Below are positions 1-10,683 of a stretch of 64,000 nucleotides of DNA, in pieces. Each line of letters starts with the position of its first letter. Within the stretch, counting starts at the first letter, position 1. Both the position numbers and the translations under genes were made by a program. The DNA is from an uncultured delta proteobacterium (GTDB lineage Bacteria; Desulfobacterota; WTBG01; CAIYCZ01; CAIRTM01): NCBI GenBank assembly GCA_963804955.1, contig CAWDSQ010000008.1:113757-177756 (forward strand), in the 5' to 3' direction. The notes below the pieces were generated by a model. The model did not search any database, had not been told where the DNA came from, and saw only the letters and a list, made by a program, of their open reading frames with translations.

Positions 1-152
1 TATAAAAAAGGCGATTCTTCCACCGGTCTTTGATAACAGCAGGGAAAACCGCACAGAGCTTTTCAACCATATCCCTCTGGCCGTCCTGCCACTCAATCTG
101 TTTCATGGTGCTCTCCCTGAAAAATGCGGTTTTACCGGATCAGCAGAACATA

Positions 153-632
153 TTATTCAGCCCGGGTAATTTTGAAACAGCACTCACTGTCGCCGGAAGG
201 CATATGCTTTACCCTCTGCCACTTTGCCACCTTGTATTTTTCACCCAAAACACAGTCCATGTCACAGACGATCGGGCAGGGATCGGGAAGGTTGCGCTTT
301 CTGGTCGCTTCCAGATGCGGGCAGCGCTCCAGGTGCTCATACCAGACCGGCTCTCCGTTTTCTTCACCCTTTTCCACCCACAGCTGCCAGCCGTTGGCCG
401 GAAACATGTCTATCTCATACATGATAATATCTCCGAAATCCCTGCCCGCAAACATACCTGTTCGCTTTTTGAAATTGGCCTCAAAAATATCATTGTAAAC
501 ATCCCTGCCTTTTTTTTCGCCGTATATCTCAATAAGGGTTTGATACAGCAGGGGAAGCTTTAAGGCTGTCTGCGCGAGAAGCAAATCGCGCTGCTTTTCT
601 ATCGGCATTTCTTTTCCAATTATTTTTTCCAT
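153..632 (-). CDS. L-2-amino-thiazoline-4-carboxylic acid hydrolase-like family protein
   Basis: 159 aa ORF with CP..(x)..C.IVCDMD and G...CCF motif pattern; upstream gaaagga RBS-like sequence. Confidence 0.6.
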   Translation of the reverse strand: MEKIIGKEMPIEKQRDLLLAQTALKLPLLYQTLIEIYGEKKGRDVYNDIFEANFKKRTGMFAGRDFGDIIMYEIDMFPANGWQLWVEKGEENGEPVWYEHLERCPHLEATRKRNLPDPCPIVCDMDCVLGEKYKVAKWQRVKHMPSGDSECCFKITRAE

Positions 633-922
633 TGAGATACTTCCTTTCTGTGCGGAAATGTTTTAAGGCGCATATTCTGCTGAAAAACCGGCCACGTCAA
701 GCCGGGCAATATCTGTAAACGGTCTTAACTGCCGGCATGCGGAAAGAAGACTGGTGAAGGAGCAATGAGCGCTGCGCGTGCCGCCCTTTGAGATGCAATG
801 AATTTTGCACACTGGTTCACCTTTTTCCCGTTGTGCAGGGCTGAACTCCCGGCAATGGAACTGCCATACTATTTCTACAGTCAAGCAGAGCAGGTACCGC
901 TAAGAAATGCGATTCGAGTATT

Positions 923-938
923 TGCAAATATATTGCCA
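923..938 (-). promoter_or_regulatory. possible sigma-54 (-24/-12) promoter
   Basis: minus strand TGGCAATATATTTGCA has GG-N10-GC spacing; ~290 bp upstream of the 153..632 gene. Confidence 0.3.
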
Positions 939-1461
939 GCAAAGCTTAAATTCAAGTACTTTTTTCCCCAAATAGTTTTATTTTCATACTATTTGAAAAT
1001 CGTAGCTGGTTTCGAGAAAGATCAGTTTAACCCCAATGAAAAATTGTTGCGTCTCTTGTCTCTACATTCATTCCTCTCCGAAACGACTGAACAGACCGGG
1101 TGCTGCCCCGGCCTAAGCGTACAGTACCCTCCCCGGGCCCTGTTGCGGCAGCTCCGGTGAGCCCAGAAGCAGAAGGCCCGATCCGGCAAGGAGACGGATT
1201 TTTTTGTATGACGATGCCCTGGAGATGCCTCTAAGAATAAGCGCCCGGACTAAACGTGCAGAGGCCCGGGATGAGTACGCGAACCTGTTGAGAATACGCG
1301 CCTTTCAGCGAGTGCCAACCGTAAACCAATTAATTTCCTGCAGTTTGTCTGCCTGAATTGTTCGCTTGTCTAAACTAGTCGTGCCCGGTACGGAAATAAT
1401 AGTTTACCCGAGTCTTCACAAAATACTATAGCCGGAGAAAAACTGTCCGATAGATATACTC

Positions 1462-1821
1462 GTGAAGCCTATATCGATTCAAGTACGCATACGCATAGTC
1501 GCGGCCTGCGATGCGGGTGAAGGCACCCGTAAGGAGATAGCAGAGCGCTACGGTGTATCTCTGGGCATGGTTAAAAAATTACTGGCCCAGCGCAAAAAGC
1601 TGGGTATTCTTGATCCGCAGAACCACCGCTGCGGGAGAAAAAGCATACTGTCGGAACAGGATCTGGCCTGGCTGCGCAAAACCGTTGAGCAGCGGCAGGA
1701 TTTAACCCTGGAGAAACTGTGCCGGGCATACAAAAAGCCCTGCAGCGTTATGACCATAAGCCGGGGGCTTCAAAAGCTCAGGGCTTTGCAGGATACGTAT
1801 GAGCAGGTCATTGCGCCGTAA
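1462..1821 (+). CDS. IS630-family transposase N-terminal HTH-only protein
   Basis: MKPISIQVRIRIVAAC..IAERYGVS..GRK..DLTL..L..SVMTISRGL resembles IS630 orfA HTH; no DDE domain follows. Confidence 0.6.
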   Translation: MKPISIQVRIRIVAACDAGEGTRKEIAERYGVSLGMVKKLLAQRKKLGILDPQNHRCGRKSILSEQDLAWLRKTVEQRQDLTLEKLCRAYKKPCSVMTISRGLQKLRALQDTYEQVIAP

Positions 1822-1914
1822 TTTTCCGCAGGGCGCGTGAATCTGCTGAAGGCTTTTCTAAGCCGAAAAATCTTATGCGGTAATGTCTTTTTGAAGAAAA
1901 GGGAGTAAGCTTAT

Positions 1915-3981
1915 ATGCAGGCCTCGAGTGCAGAAATAGATTTCCAATCTTCCAAATCTTTTTTATCCAGCGTGTTCGACAAGGTTGAAACCGGCATCAT
2001 ACTGTCGGACCTGAAAGGCCATGTGCTTGAGGCAAATCCGTTTTTCCTGAATATTATCGGATTTGAAAGAAATGAAATCGTGGGTAAAAAGCCCAATGAA
2101 TTCATGCCGACCCAGGGAGTCTATACCTCAAGACTGGGCCAGGTATTCGAAATTGGTAATGATTATTTTACCGAGACCCTCAATAAACTCTCCGTTTTAG
2201 ACAAAACAGGGGAAATAAAAGATTGGGCGACATTTTACGTCGATAAAGCAGGAAAACTGGTGCCGGTTCAGCAGACTGTCTGTCTGCTGAAAGATTCACG
2301 GGGCAACAGTCTTGCTTCAATGTGCCTTGTCAAGGATGTTTCAGATAAACAGAACCTGGAAGCTGAGCTTGAAAAGGCTAAAAAGCTGGCTGAGTCGGCA
2401 AAAGAGCTCAAGGAGTTTTTTCTGTCAAAAATCTCCAATGAAGTAAGAATACCAATGAACGGCATTTGCGGTTTTACGGAGCTGCTGATTGAGAATGAGC
2501 AAATTACGGAAGAATATAAAGAGCATCTGCATGTCATCAAACAGAGCAGCGAAGATCTGCTCAGCATGATCAATAATGTCATTGACTATGCGAAGCTCGA
2601 GAACGGCAAAACTGAAATTGCCGATATCGGGTTCGATGTCGAGCTTCTTTTTTACAATGTTATAATGGACACAAAGGCCAAGCTTGCCGGCAGAAGCATA
2701 GAACTGCATCATGAAATAACCAATCAGGTTCCCTTTCTGCTGAAGGGCGACCCCAGCAGGATCAGGCAGATTGTGCTGAAGCTTCTTGACAATGCAATAA
2801 AGTTTACCAAATCCGGCAGCATAAAAGTAATGCTCGACGTTGAGGATGAGCATGAACATGATATTAAAATACGGCTTCAGGTACAGGATACCGGCATCGG
2901 CATAGCGCAGGACAGCATAGAGTCTATTTTTGAAATGGCTGACAGGGGGGCGGGGGCATTAACAAAACAGGGCAAAAGCCTCGGCCTGGGGCTGCATGTA
3001 TGCCGCAGCATTGCCCGCCTCATGCGCGGGGATTTAAATGCTACCAGCGAGCTCGGCAAGGGAAGCTGCTTTTACTTCACGATAACGCTGAACAAGGCTG
3101 AAAAATGGCAGACGGTGAAGTCTGACGTCAATGTCAATCTTGAAGGCAAAACGGTTTTTATTCTCGATTTTGAGAAAATACATCTGGGCATTTTATCAAA
3201 ACTGTGCCAGCAGGCGAACATGCAGGTCATTACCTGCGGAAAAATTCATACTGTCTCCGCTAAATTCGAAGATTTAATTATCAGCAAGACCAGGGTTGAT
3301 CTTTTTGTGATAGATGTATCCACTTCATTTGAGGATATTGCAGATATTATTGAGCTGATACGCGAGAATTTCGGCCTGCATGTTCCGCTTTTGGCGTTTA
3401 CGTCTCCCAACAGGGGGTCGGCAAAAGCATGCCAAAACATGGGGTTTAACGGCTGCCTGTCAAAGCCCGGCTCAAAACTTTCTTTTTACGAGATTATCAA
3501 GCACCTGCTAACGGAAAATTTTGATGCAACGGGCCCCCGGGAAATCCTCACGCGATACTCTCTGTCGGAAAAGATAAAACACAACTTAAACATTCTTGTT
3601 GTTGATGATAACCGCGTCAACCAGATGGTTGCCATGAAAATACTCACCCAGTCCGGCTATGCCGTCGACTCAGCAAATGACGGGCTGGAGGCGACAAATA
3701 AAGTGCTGGCCGACCCGCATAAGTATGATGTCATACTCATGGATATTCAAATGCCCATTATGAACGGCGTTGATGCAACGATTATGCTCCGGCAAAACCA
3801 TGTGATGACCCCCATCATTGCGTATACGGCCAATGCTCTGCAGGAAGACTATGAAAGATACATGAAAGCCGGCATGAATGACAGCATTCCAAAGCCTCTC
3901 AACAGAGAAATAATACTGGAAAAGTTTTACAATCTCTGTTTTAGGCCCGAATCCAGGGCGATTTTGGAACTGCCCAATTGA
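1915..3981 (+). CDS. PAS-domain hybrid sensor kinase with two receiver domains (degenerate H-box)
   Basis: PAS; HisKA-like FLSKISNEVRIPMNG; HATPase LLDNAIKFT and DTGIGI; C-terminal REC VDDN..LMDIQMP..PKP. Confidence 0.9.
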   Translation: MQASSAEIDFQSSKSFLSSVFDKVETGIILSDLKGHVLEANPFFLNIIGFERNEIVGKKPNEFMPTQGVYTSRLGQVFEIGNDYFTETLNKLSVLDKTGEIKDWATFYVDKAGKLVPVQQTVCLLKDSRGNSLASMCLVKDVSDKQNLEAELEKAKKLAESAKELKEFFLSKISNEVRIPMNGICGFTELLIENEQITEEYKEHLHVIKQSSEDLLSMINNVIDYAKLENGKTEIADIGFDVELLFYNVIMDTKAKLAGRSIELHHEITNQVPFLLKGDPSRIRQIVLKLLDNAIKFTKSGSIKVMLDVEDEHEHDIKIRLQVQDTGIGIAQDSIESIFEMADRGAGALTKQGKSLGLGLHVCRSIARLMRGDLNATSELGKGSCFYFTITLNKAEKWQTVKSDVNVNLEGKTVFILDFEKIHLGILSKLCQQANMQVITCGKIHTVSAKFEDLIISKTRVDLFVIDVSTSFEDIADIIELIRENFGLHVPLLAFTSPNRGSAKACQNMGFNGCLSKPGSKLSFYEIIKHLLTENFDATGPREILTRYSLSEKIKHNLNILVVDDNRVNQMVAMKILTQSGYAVDSANDGLEATNKVLADPHKYDVILMDIQMPIMNGVDATIMLRQNHVMTPIIAYTANALQEDYERYMKAGMNDSIPKPLNREIILEKFYNLCFRPESRAILELPN

Positions 3982-4327
3982 TCGAGAGCCGGCACAGGGG
4001 ATATCTGCGATGCAGGCCCCGACTGCGGCAGCGATGGCCAGCCCGTGCGTGAGGCTGTTTGCAGGCTGCACGGTGAAGGTAGTTGTTTTATCAGATAAAG
4101 TGTTATGCATGCCCGGCCGCTATCTGCAGCGGCCGGGCATTTGATTATATAAAAGTGCAGATACAGTATCATTCTATTGAAAGAGCAGAAAGGCCATACT
4201 TTTTGCCCCCATGTTCTCATATGTAATTTGGTAAAACAGGCCCAGGTAACTGCGGGCTCGCCAATACGGTCGCTGCCGGTTGTTTGCTCTGTGCCGGTTC
4301 CGGGTGTTTTCTCGCAGGATAACGCCA

Positions 4328-5293
4328 TCAGGAGTCTTTAGGGGGCGGGGGCAGTTCAAGCTTCTTGAAGTCCGGCAGCTGCTCTTCCATATACGTCCTG
4401 ATTTTACCGACAAGACGGGATTCGATCTGCCGCACGCGCTCTTTGGTAATGCCGTATCTGTCGCCGATGGACTGCAGCGTGACAGGTTCTTCGGAAAGGA
4501 TGCGCTGTTCCAGAATCTCAAGCTCCTTGGCATCGATGGTTTCCTTGAAATCGAGCAGCTTGCTGCTGAATATCTGCTGAAGTTCGGCGTTTGCGATCCG
4601 GGTATCGAACAGTTCGGTCATGTCTGAAATCATATCGCCGCGGGTTTCGCGCCAGTCATCTCCCACGGGGTGATCAAGCGACGGCTCCCAGTCACCGAGG
4701 CGCTGCTCCATTTCGATCACCTTATCCTCCCCGGTTTCAAACGCTTCGGCCAGGCGCGCCGGGCCCGGATAGAACCCCATTTTTTCAAGCCGGTTTTTTT
4801 CCTTCTGCAGGTTGAAGAAAAGCTTGCGCTGCACCTGCGTGGTGCCGATTTTCACCAGCCGCCAGTTGTCCATGACGAATTTCAGAATATAGGCCTTAAT
4901 CCAGTATGAGGCATAATAGGAAAGCTTGGCGCCGCGGTAGGGGTCGAAGTTTTTCACGGCCTGCATGAGACCGAGATTACCCTCCTGAATGAGATCCATG
5001 AGATTGAGCATCCACTGGCGCTGATAGTCCAGGGCAATCTTGACGACAAGGCGCAGGTTTGCCGTCACAAGGTGATAGGCGATTGCCCTGTCTCCCGTTT
5101 CGCGGTAACGTACGGCAAGGGCTTTTTCCTCCTCGGGAGTCAGCAGCGGTATGCGCCGCACTTCGGCAAGATAGGCCTGCAGCGGGTCGGCGGAAACAGG
5201 CACGGGCGGCAGCGGCAATCCCTCCTGCCCGTTCTTTTCGTCATCACTTTCCAGTTCGTGGCCGTCTAAAGGCTCAAGAAGTTCATCGTTCAT
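4328..5293 (-). CDS. rpoH: RNA polymerase sigma-32 (RpoH) family sigma factor
   Basis: [20 protein letters not shown], RpoH box QRKLFFNL, region 4 TKERVRQIE. Confidence 0.85.
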   Translation of the reverse strand: MNDELLEPLDGHELESDDEKNGQEGLPLPPVPVSADPLQAYLAEVRRIPLLTPEEEKALAVRYRETGDRAIAYHLVTANLRLVVKIALDYQRQWMLNLMDLIQEGNLGLMQAVKNFDPYRGAKLSYYASYWIKAYILKFVMDNWRLVKIGTTQVQRKLFFNLQKEKNRLEKMGFYPGPARLAEAFETGEDKVIEMEQRLGDWEPSLDHPVGDDWRETRGDMISDMTELFDTRIANAELQQIFSSKLLDFKETIDAKELEILEQRILSEEPVTLQSIGDRYGITKERVRQIESRLVGKIRTYMEEQLPDFKKLELPPPPKDS

Positions 5294-5753
5294 GAAATTC
5301 GACCAGAAAAAATTAGCTTAGTAGTCCTATTATTCCTATGATTGGCGGGTATTTGTCAATTGCGAAATACGGCAGCAGCCGGCGCCGCCTGGGCATGCTG
5401 CTGCTCAACTGTGTTCCGAAAGCGGCAAGGCTGCACCACAACTTCATTTTGTTTCCCGCAGAAACAGACCGGCTTGCGCGGTTCTTTTGAAAGGATGTGT
5501 TTTAATGCGAAGATGAACTGTCTCAATAACCACGCAGTACGTATTTTGAAAACGGAAAACAACGCGTTTGGCGGTAAAATCCACCGCAGCAGGGTGCCCG
5601 CCACACACACTTTAAAAAAACGCTCAAAGAGCCTATCGTACTATTAATAATCGAATATCTAAAATAAAGTGAAGTATTATTGATTCTAATGTATTAATAC
5701 ATTATACTTACTTCAGAAAACGAACTTAAATCCGGGTACAGAAAGGGGCTGCC

Positions 5754-6312
5754 ATGATACGAGAAAGCGTTGCAGGGGATGTTCCAAGAATTGACAACAC
5801 GGCTTTTGTGGATCCGGCGGCTGTCATTATCGGCAGAGTCAGCATAGGCCCCAACTGTTATATCGGGCCGGGGGTGGTCATCAGGGCCGACAGGTTTTCA
5901 AGCGACGATGACATTGCACGCATCACCATCGGCAGCGGCTGCTGCATTCAGGATCTTGCGATATTGCATGTGCATGCTGAAAACTCCATAGTCCGTGGGC
6001 GACGATACGGTCATCAATCACGGCGCCATTATTCACGGCACGACCGCCATCGGCCGGAACTGCTTTATCGGCGCCAAAAGCGTCATAACCCATGCATTCC
6101 TTGGCGACAATGTCTTTACCCGGGTCATGTCGGTGATTGAAACCGTTAATATAGCATCAGATCGCTATATAGAAATAAACGCCGTCATCAATACGCAGGA
6201 TGCCTCAGACCGCCTGCGGCAGATTACGGCCAAGGAACTGGACTTTATGAAACGCGCCGTGCTGGAAAACAGGGAATATGCCGTGCGGTACAAGTATTCT
6301 CTGGAAAAATAG
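5754..6312 (+). CDS. gamma-carbonic anhydrase-like hexapeptide-repeat protein (frameshift ~5990)
   Basis: AFVDPAAVIIGRVSIG..IRAD..IQD..LH continues in another frame as VINHGAIIHG. Confidence 0.8.
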
Positions 6313-6437
6313 AGATCTGCCGTCAGGGTTCAGACAGGCGCGAGGTCGACTTTCTTGCGCCCGGCAAAAAAAGACAAACAGAGACTCTTCTTTACCGCAG
6401 CGCCATAAGGCAGGGCTCTGTTATTTTGGAAATTGAG

Positions 6438-6863
6438 CTACAGGGCTTTTCCCGCCTTGCGCCACCGGTGCAGAAAATACTCTTCCACGTATTTTTTTTT
6501 ATACGGCCTCCCGAGAAAGGTATTTTTGCAGCCCATATAGGCGCTGCACTCAAAAGGCTTTGCCCCCTGTATGGTGCAGCTGCCTTGCTCATCAAGAAAC
6601 ACGCATACCCCGCGCTCCTGGGCATAGTAATCAGGAGCAACCGTGCCCGGCTCTGCGACGAAGCGCTTGCCCTTGCGCTTGGCAGGCGCCAGGGCATAAA
6701 TCGCGTCTTTGGGGCAGAGAAGAATTTTTATCAGATACTGCTCCCGCAGCCCGGCTTCTGTCAGGCCGAGCAGGCGGGCAAGTTTCTGCAGATCTTCTGG
6801 AACGAGCCTTCCCGGGTCATTGCGGCAGGCGCTGATGCATACCGGGCAGTTGCAGCTTTCCAT
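6438..6863 (-). CDS. YkgJ-family cysteine cluster (putative Fe-S/Zn) protein
   Basis: CNCPVCISAC ... CVFLD..GSCTIQGAKPFEC. Confidence 0.75.
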   Translation of the reverse strand: MESCNCPVCISACRNDPGRLVPEDLQKLARLLGLTEAGLREQYLIKILLCPKDAIYALAPAKRKGKRFVAEPGTVAPDYYAQERGVCVFLDEQGSCTIQGAKPFECSAYMGCKNTFLGRPYKKKYVEEYFLHRWRKAGKAL

Positions 6864-7074
6864 GCCTTGCGTCCTTTCGTAACTTGATGCATTTTTTATA
6901 CAGCATGTTTGTATCAGCAACCTGCTGTGCTGTCACGTGCTTTCTCCGGAGCTGCCACTGCAGCCTTTGCCATTGACATCTTTATGAACCGGGTGTATGT
7001 GCTCACGGTGATCAGGGCCTGGCCCCGCCGGCAGCCCCTTGATTTACACTACTATCAAGCTTATTATACACTGC

Positions 7075-7890
7075 ATGCTTTCCAAAAAACTCCATGCCTA
7101 TCTTGAATCCCTGTACGTCACCTACAACCGACGCGAGTTCGTAGCTCCCGATCCGCTGCAGTTTTTGTATGCGTATGCCGACCCCGGCGACCGGGAAATT
7201 GCAGCCCTTGTCTGCTCAACGCTTGCCTATGGCCGGGTGGTGCAGATACTGCGCAGTCTCGAAACGGTGCTGGCCCGGCTCGGACCTCACCCTGCCGACT
7301 TTATTGTGAAGGCCACACGCGGTGAACTGAGGCTTGCACTGTCCGGCATCAAGCACCGGTTCACGTCAGGCGAAGAGCTCGCGCACCTGCTGTCCGGCGC
7401 GAAGAAGATACTGCGCAAACACGGCTCCCTCGGGCAGTGCCTGAGAAGCCATATCTCTCCTGGCGATACAACCATTCTTCCCGCCCTTGAACGGTTTACA
7501 ATCGATCTGCAGGAAGCTTCAGGCGGGCTTGATCTCTATACGCTGCCATCGCCCGCCCGCGGCAGCGCCTGCAAGCGGCTGAATCTCATGCTTCGGTGGA
7601 TGGTCCGCCGCGACGATGTAGATCCGGGCGGATGGCCGGGCATTTCGCCTTCGCTGCTTGTCATTCCGCTTGATACGCATATGGATGCCATCGGCCGGTC
7701 GCTCGGATTCACCTGCCGCAAACAGGCGGATTTGAAGGCAGCCCTTGAAATTACTGACGGGTTCAGAAATCTCTGCCCCCATGACCCTGTGCGCTATGAT
7801 TTCGCCCTCACGCGCTTCGGCATACGAAGCGATCTTGAAATCAAGCATGTCACCGGAGCCATTAAAGATCTGTGCAAGCCTCTGCCATGA
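7075..7890 (+). CDS. TIGR02757 / DUF2400 family protein
   Basis: DPLQF, LAYGRV, SACKRLNLMLRWMVR, IPLDTH, DPVRYDFAL motifs. Confidence 0.85.
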   Translation: MLSKKLHAYLESLYVTYNRREFVAPDPLQFLYAYADPGDREIAALVCSTLAYGRVVQILRSLETVLARLGPHPADFIVKATRGELRLALSGIKHRFTSGEELAHLLSGAKKILRKHGSLGQCLRSHISPGDTTILPALERFTIDLQEASGGLDLYTLPSPARGSACKRLNLMLRWMVRRDDVDPGGWPGISPSLLVIPLDTHMDAIGRSLGFTCRKQADLKAALEITDGFRNLCPHDPVRYDFALTRFGIRSDLEIKHVTGAIKDLCKPLP

Positions 7891-8027
7891 GGGTATGACG
7901 CACCGCTCTGCACATGTGCTGAAACCCGCAGGCCGATTGAGTCCGCCTGCTGCTTCTTCTGCAATTGTATAGTGGGCCGGGCTGCAGGGCTCTAGAAATC
8001 TCATGGGGCAGGCACACCGGTTTGCCC

Positions 8028-10517
8028 CTACTCCGGATTGTCCACAAGGGGAATATCAATGCTGCCCACATCCCATATATCGCGGGCATACTCGGCAATG
8101 GTGCGGTCGCTTGAAAACTTGCCGCATCGGGCCACATTGAGAATGGACATGCGCGTCCAGCGCTTTTTCTCAAGATAGGCCTTTTCCGCCTGGTCCTGAG
8201 CGGCAACATAGGCGTCGAAGTCGGCCATCAGGCAGAATTCGTCATGGTGCAAAAGCTCATCGTAAATAGGGCGAAACAGGCCCGGTTCATGAGGCAGAAA
8301 AAAATCTGTTCCGATCAGCCGCATTACCTGCTGCAGCATGGCCGATCCGGCCACATACTGGCCGGGATCATATTTCCCGCGTTTGAGATCGACAACCTGA
8401 TCGTTATTGAGGCCGAAAATAAAAATATTTTCAGGCCCGACTTCCTCAAGAATTTCCACATTGGCGCCATCGAGCGTTCCGATGGTGACTGCACCGTTCA
8501 GGGCGAACTTCATATTACCCGTTCCTGATGCCTCCTTGCCGGCCGTTGAAATCTGCTCGGAAAGGTCGGCGGCCGGTATCAGGCGCTCGGCAAGAGACAC
8601 CCGGTAGTTGGGCAGGAACACCACGCGCAGGAAATCGTTTACATCGGGGTCATTATTGATGACCTGGCCGATGGCATTGATGAATCGAATAATGAGCTTT
8701 GCCTTGTGGTAGCCGGGCGCTGCCTTGCCGCCTATAATGCAGGTGCGGGGAAGGCGACGCGCGGAGGGTATGTCCTTCAGCTCCAGGTACTTTGCGGTAA
8801 TGTACAGCGCGAAGAGCAGCTGCCGCTTGTACTCGTGCATGCGCTTGACCTGCACATCGATAAATGAATCCGAATGAATCTCTATCCACTCCTCGTCCCA
8901 GATCGATTCGGCAAGGCGGCGCTTGCAGGCAAGCTTCACCGCGCGCCAGCGGTCCTGGAAACCGCCGTCATCGGCAAAATTCTCAAGCTCCCGCAAACGG
9001 GTAAGGTCCTTGACCCACCCATCGCCGATGGCCTCGGTAATGAGCTCGGAAAGGCCCGGATTGGCCACTCGCATCCAGCGCCGCGGGGTAACGCCGTTGG
9101 TCTTGTTGTTGAACTTGTCGGGCCAGAATTCGTGAAAGTCCCGCAGCAGCGTTTCCCGCAGCAGCCGCGAGTGCAGCTCGGCCACGCCGTTCACCGAGTG
9201 GCTGCCGACAACGGCAAGGTGGGCCATGCGTACGCGCTTTTCAGAGCCTTCGGCCACGATGGACATGCGGCCGATGCGCGCCTCGTCGCCGGAAAAGCGC
9301 GCGGCGACAGCCTCCAGAAATTTATGGTTGATGAGATAGATGATCTCCAGATGCCGCGGCAGCACGCGCTGAACAAGAGACACGGGCCACTCTTCGAGCG
9401 CTTCGGGCAGCACAGTGTGGTTGGTGTACCCGAAGGTCCGGACAGTTATATCCCAGGCTTCGTCCCAGCCCATGTTCTCTTCGTCGGTCAGGAGCCGCAT
9501 GAGCTCGGGAATTGCCATGGCAGGATGCGTGTCATTGAGCTGGATTGCGACCTTTTCAGGCAGAGCTTTCAGATCGCTGTTTTCGCTTTTAAACCGCCGC
9601 AGAATATCCTGGAGAGCGGCCGACACGAGAAAGTATTCCTGCCTGAGGCGCAGTTCCCTGCCCTCGAAAAAATTATCATTCGGATAGAGCACCTTGGTGA
9701 TATTTTCGCTTTTGACCTTGGTCTGGCAGGCAGCCATATAGTCGCCGGCATTGAAGTCATTGAGTGAAAATTCCTCCGTGGCTTTCGATGACCACAGGCG
9801 AAGGGTGTTGACATTGTTGATGTCATAGCCCGGTACGGGTGTGTCATAGGGCATGGCGATTACCTCTTCGCCGCCCCACCACACGGTCTTTGACCTCCCG
9901 AACACGTCGGGCTTGTGGTCGACGGCGCCGCCGAAGCGCACCTTGAAGGTATACTCGGGCCGGGGCACCTCCCAGGGATTGGTGCGGGCAAGCCAGTTGT
10001 CGGGCGTCTCTATTTGAGCGCCATGCACAATCCGCTGGTTGAAAAGGCCATACTCATAGCGCAGTCCGTAGCCGTGGGCAGGAATTCCCATTGTTGCCAT
10101 GGAGTCGATAAAGCATGCCGCCAGCCGCCCCAGCCCGCCATTGCCCAGGCCGGCGTCAACTTCATAGCTGCGGATGGTCTCAAGGTCCATACCGAGCTCT
10201 TTCAGCGCTTCGCGGCAGGCATCATGGAGGCCGAGATTCGTCAGGCTGTCTTCCAGGGAGCGCCCGAGCAGAAACTCCATGGACAGATAATAGACGCGCT
10301 TGACATTGCGGTTGTGGTAGGTCTGCTGCGTCGAGATCCAGCGCTCAACCAGGCGCTCCAGCACGGCATAGGCCGTGCTCAGGAAGCGGTCATAGGCTGT
10401 GGCGCTGTACTGGTCTTTGGCCAGGCGGTATTCAAGGTTTGAGAGAATAGATGCCTTGAATGCCTCAATATCATTGCCCTTGTGGTGGATGTGCCAATTG
10501 AATGATGCTGCTGTCAT
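8028..10517 (-). CDS. glgP: glycogen/starch phosphorylase
   Basis: GLGNGGLGRLAAC, IQLNDTHP, VKRMHEYKRQ, PLP site EASGTGNMKF. Confidence 0.97.
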   Translation of the reverse strand: MTAASFNWHIHHKGNDIEAFKASILSNLEYRLAKDQYSATAYDRFLSTAYAVLERLVERWISTQQTYHNRNVKRVYYLSMEFLLGRSLEDSLTNLGLHDACREALKELGMDLETIRSYEVDAGLGNGGLGRLAACFIDSMATMGIPAHGYGLRYEYGLFNQRIVHGAQIETPDNWLARTNPWEVPRPEYTFKVRFGGAVDHKPDVFGRSKTVWWGGEEVIAMPYDTPVPGYDINNVNTLRLWSSKATEEFSLNDFNAGDYMAACQTKVKSENITKVLYPNDNFFEGRELRLRQEYFLVSAALQDILRRFKSENSDLKALPEKVAIQLNDTHPAMAIPELMRLLTDEENMGWDEAWDITVRTFGYTNHTVLPEALEEWPVSLVQRVLPRHLEIIYLINHKFLEAVAARFSGDEARIGRMSIVAEGSEKRVRMAHLAVVGSHSVNGVAELHSRLLRETLLRDFHEFWPDKFNNKTNGVTPRRWMRVANPGLSELITEAIGDGWVKDLTRLRELENFADDGGFQDRWRAVKLACKRRLAESIWDEEWIEIHSDSFIDVQVKRMHEYKRQLLFALYITAKYLELKDIPSARRLPRTCIIGGKAAPGYHKAKLIIRFINAIGQVINNDPDVNDFLRVVFLPNYRVSLAERLIPAADLSEQISTAGKEASGTGNMKFALNGAVTIGTLDGANVEILEEVGPENIFIFGLNNDQVVDLKRGKYDPGQYVAGSAMLQQVMRLIGTDFFLPHEPGLFRPIYDELLHHDEFCLMADFDAYVAAQDQAEKAYLEKKRWTRMSILNVARCGKFSSDRTIAEYARDIWDVGSIDIPLVDNPE

Positions 10518-10683
10518 GACGGTCTCCCCCGCGATACCGGTCAAATATTTGTCGGGTTATGTCCGCCTCGGCGGATCAATCCGGCCTGCGAGCCGGACAG
10601 GATGGGTTTCAAACAGATCTCTGCAAATCAATGTCCAGTGTGTATACAGCGTAGCATACCCCGCCGGTTCGCTCAAGGCAGGT

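Noticed and set aside
1240..1320. tmRNA (gactaaacgtgcag resembles a tmRNA 3' motif)
   Set aside because: No T-arm GGTTCGA..CCACCA end and no GGGG 5' acceptor stem.
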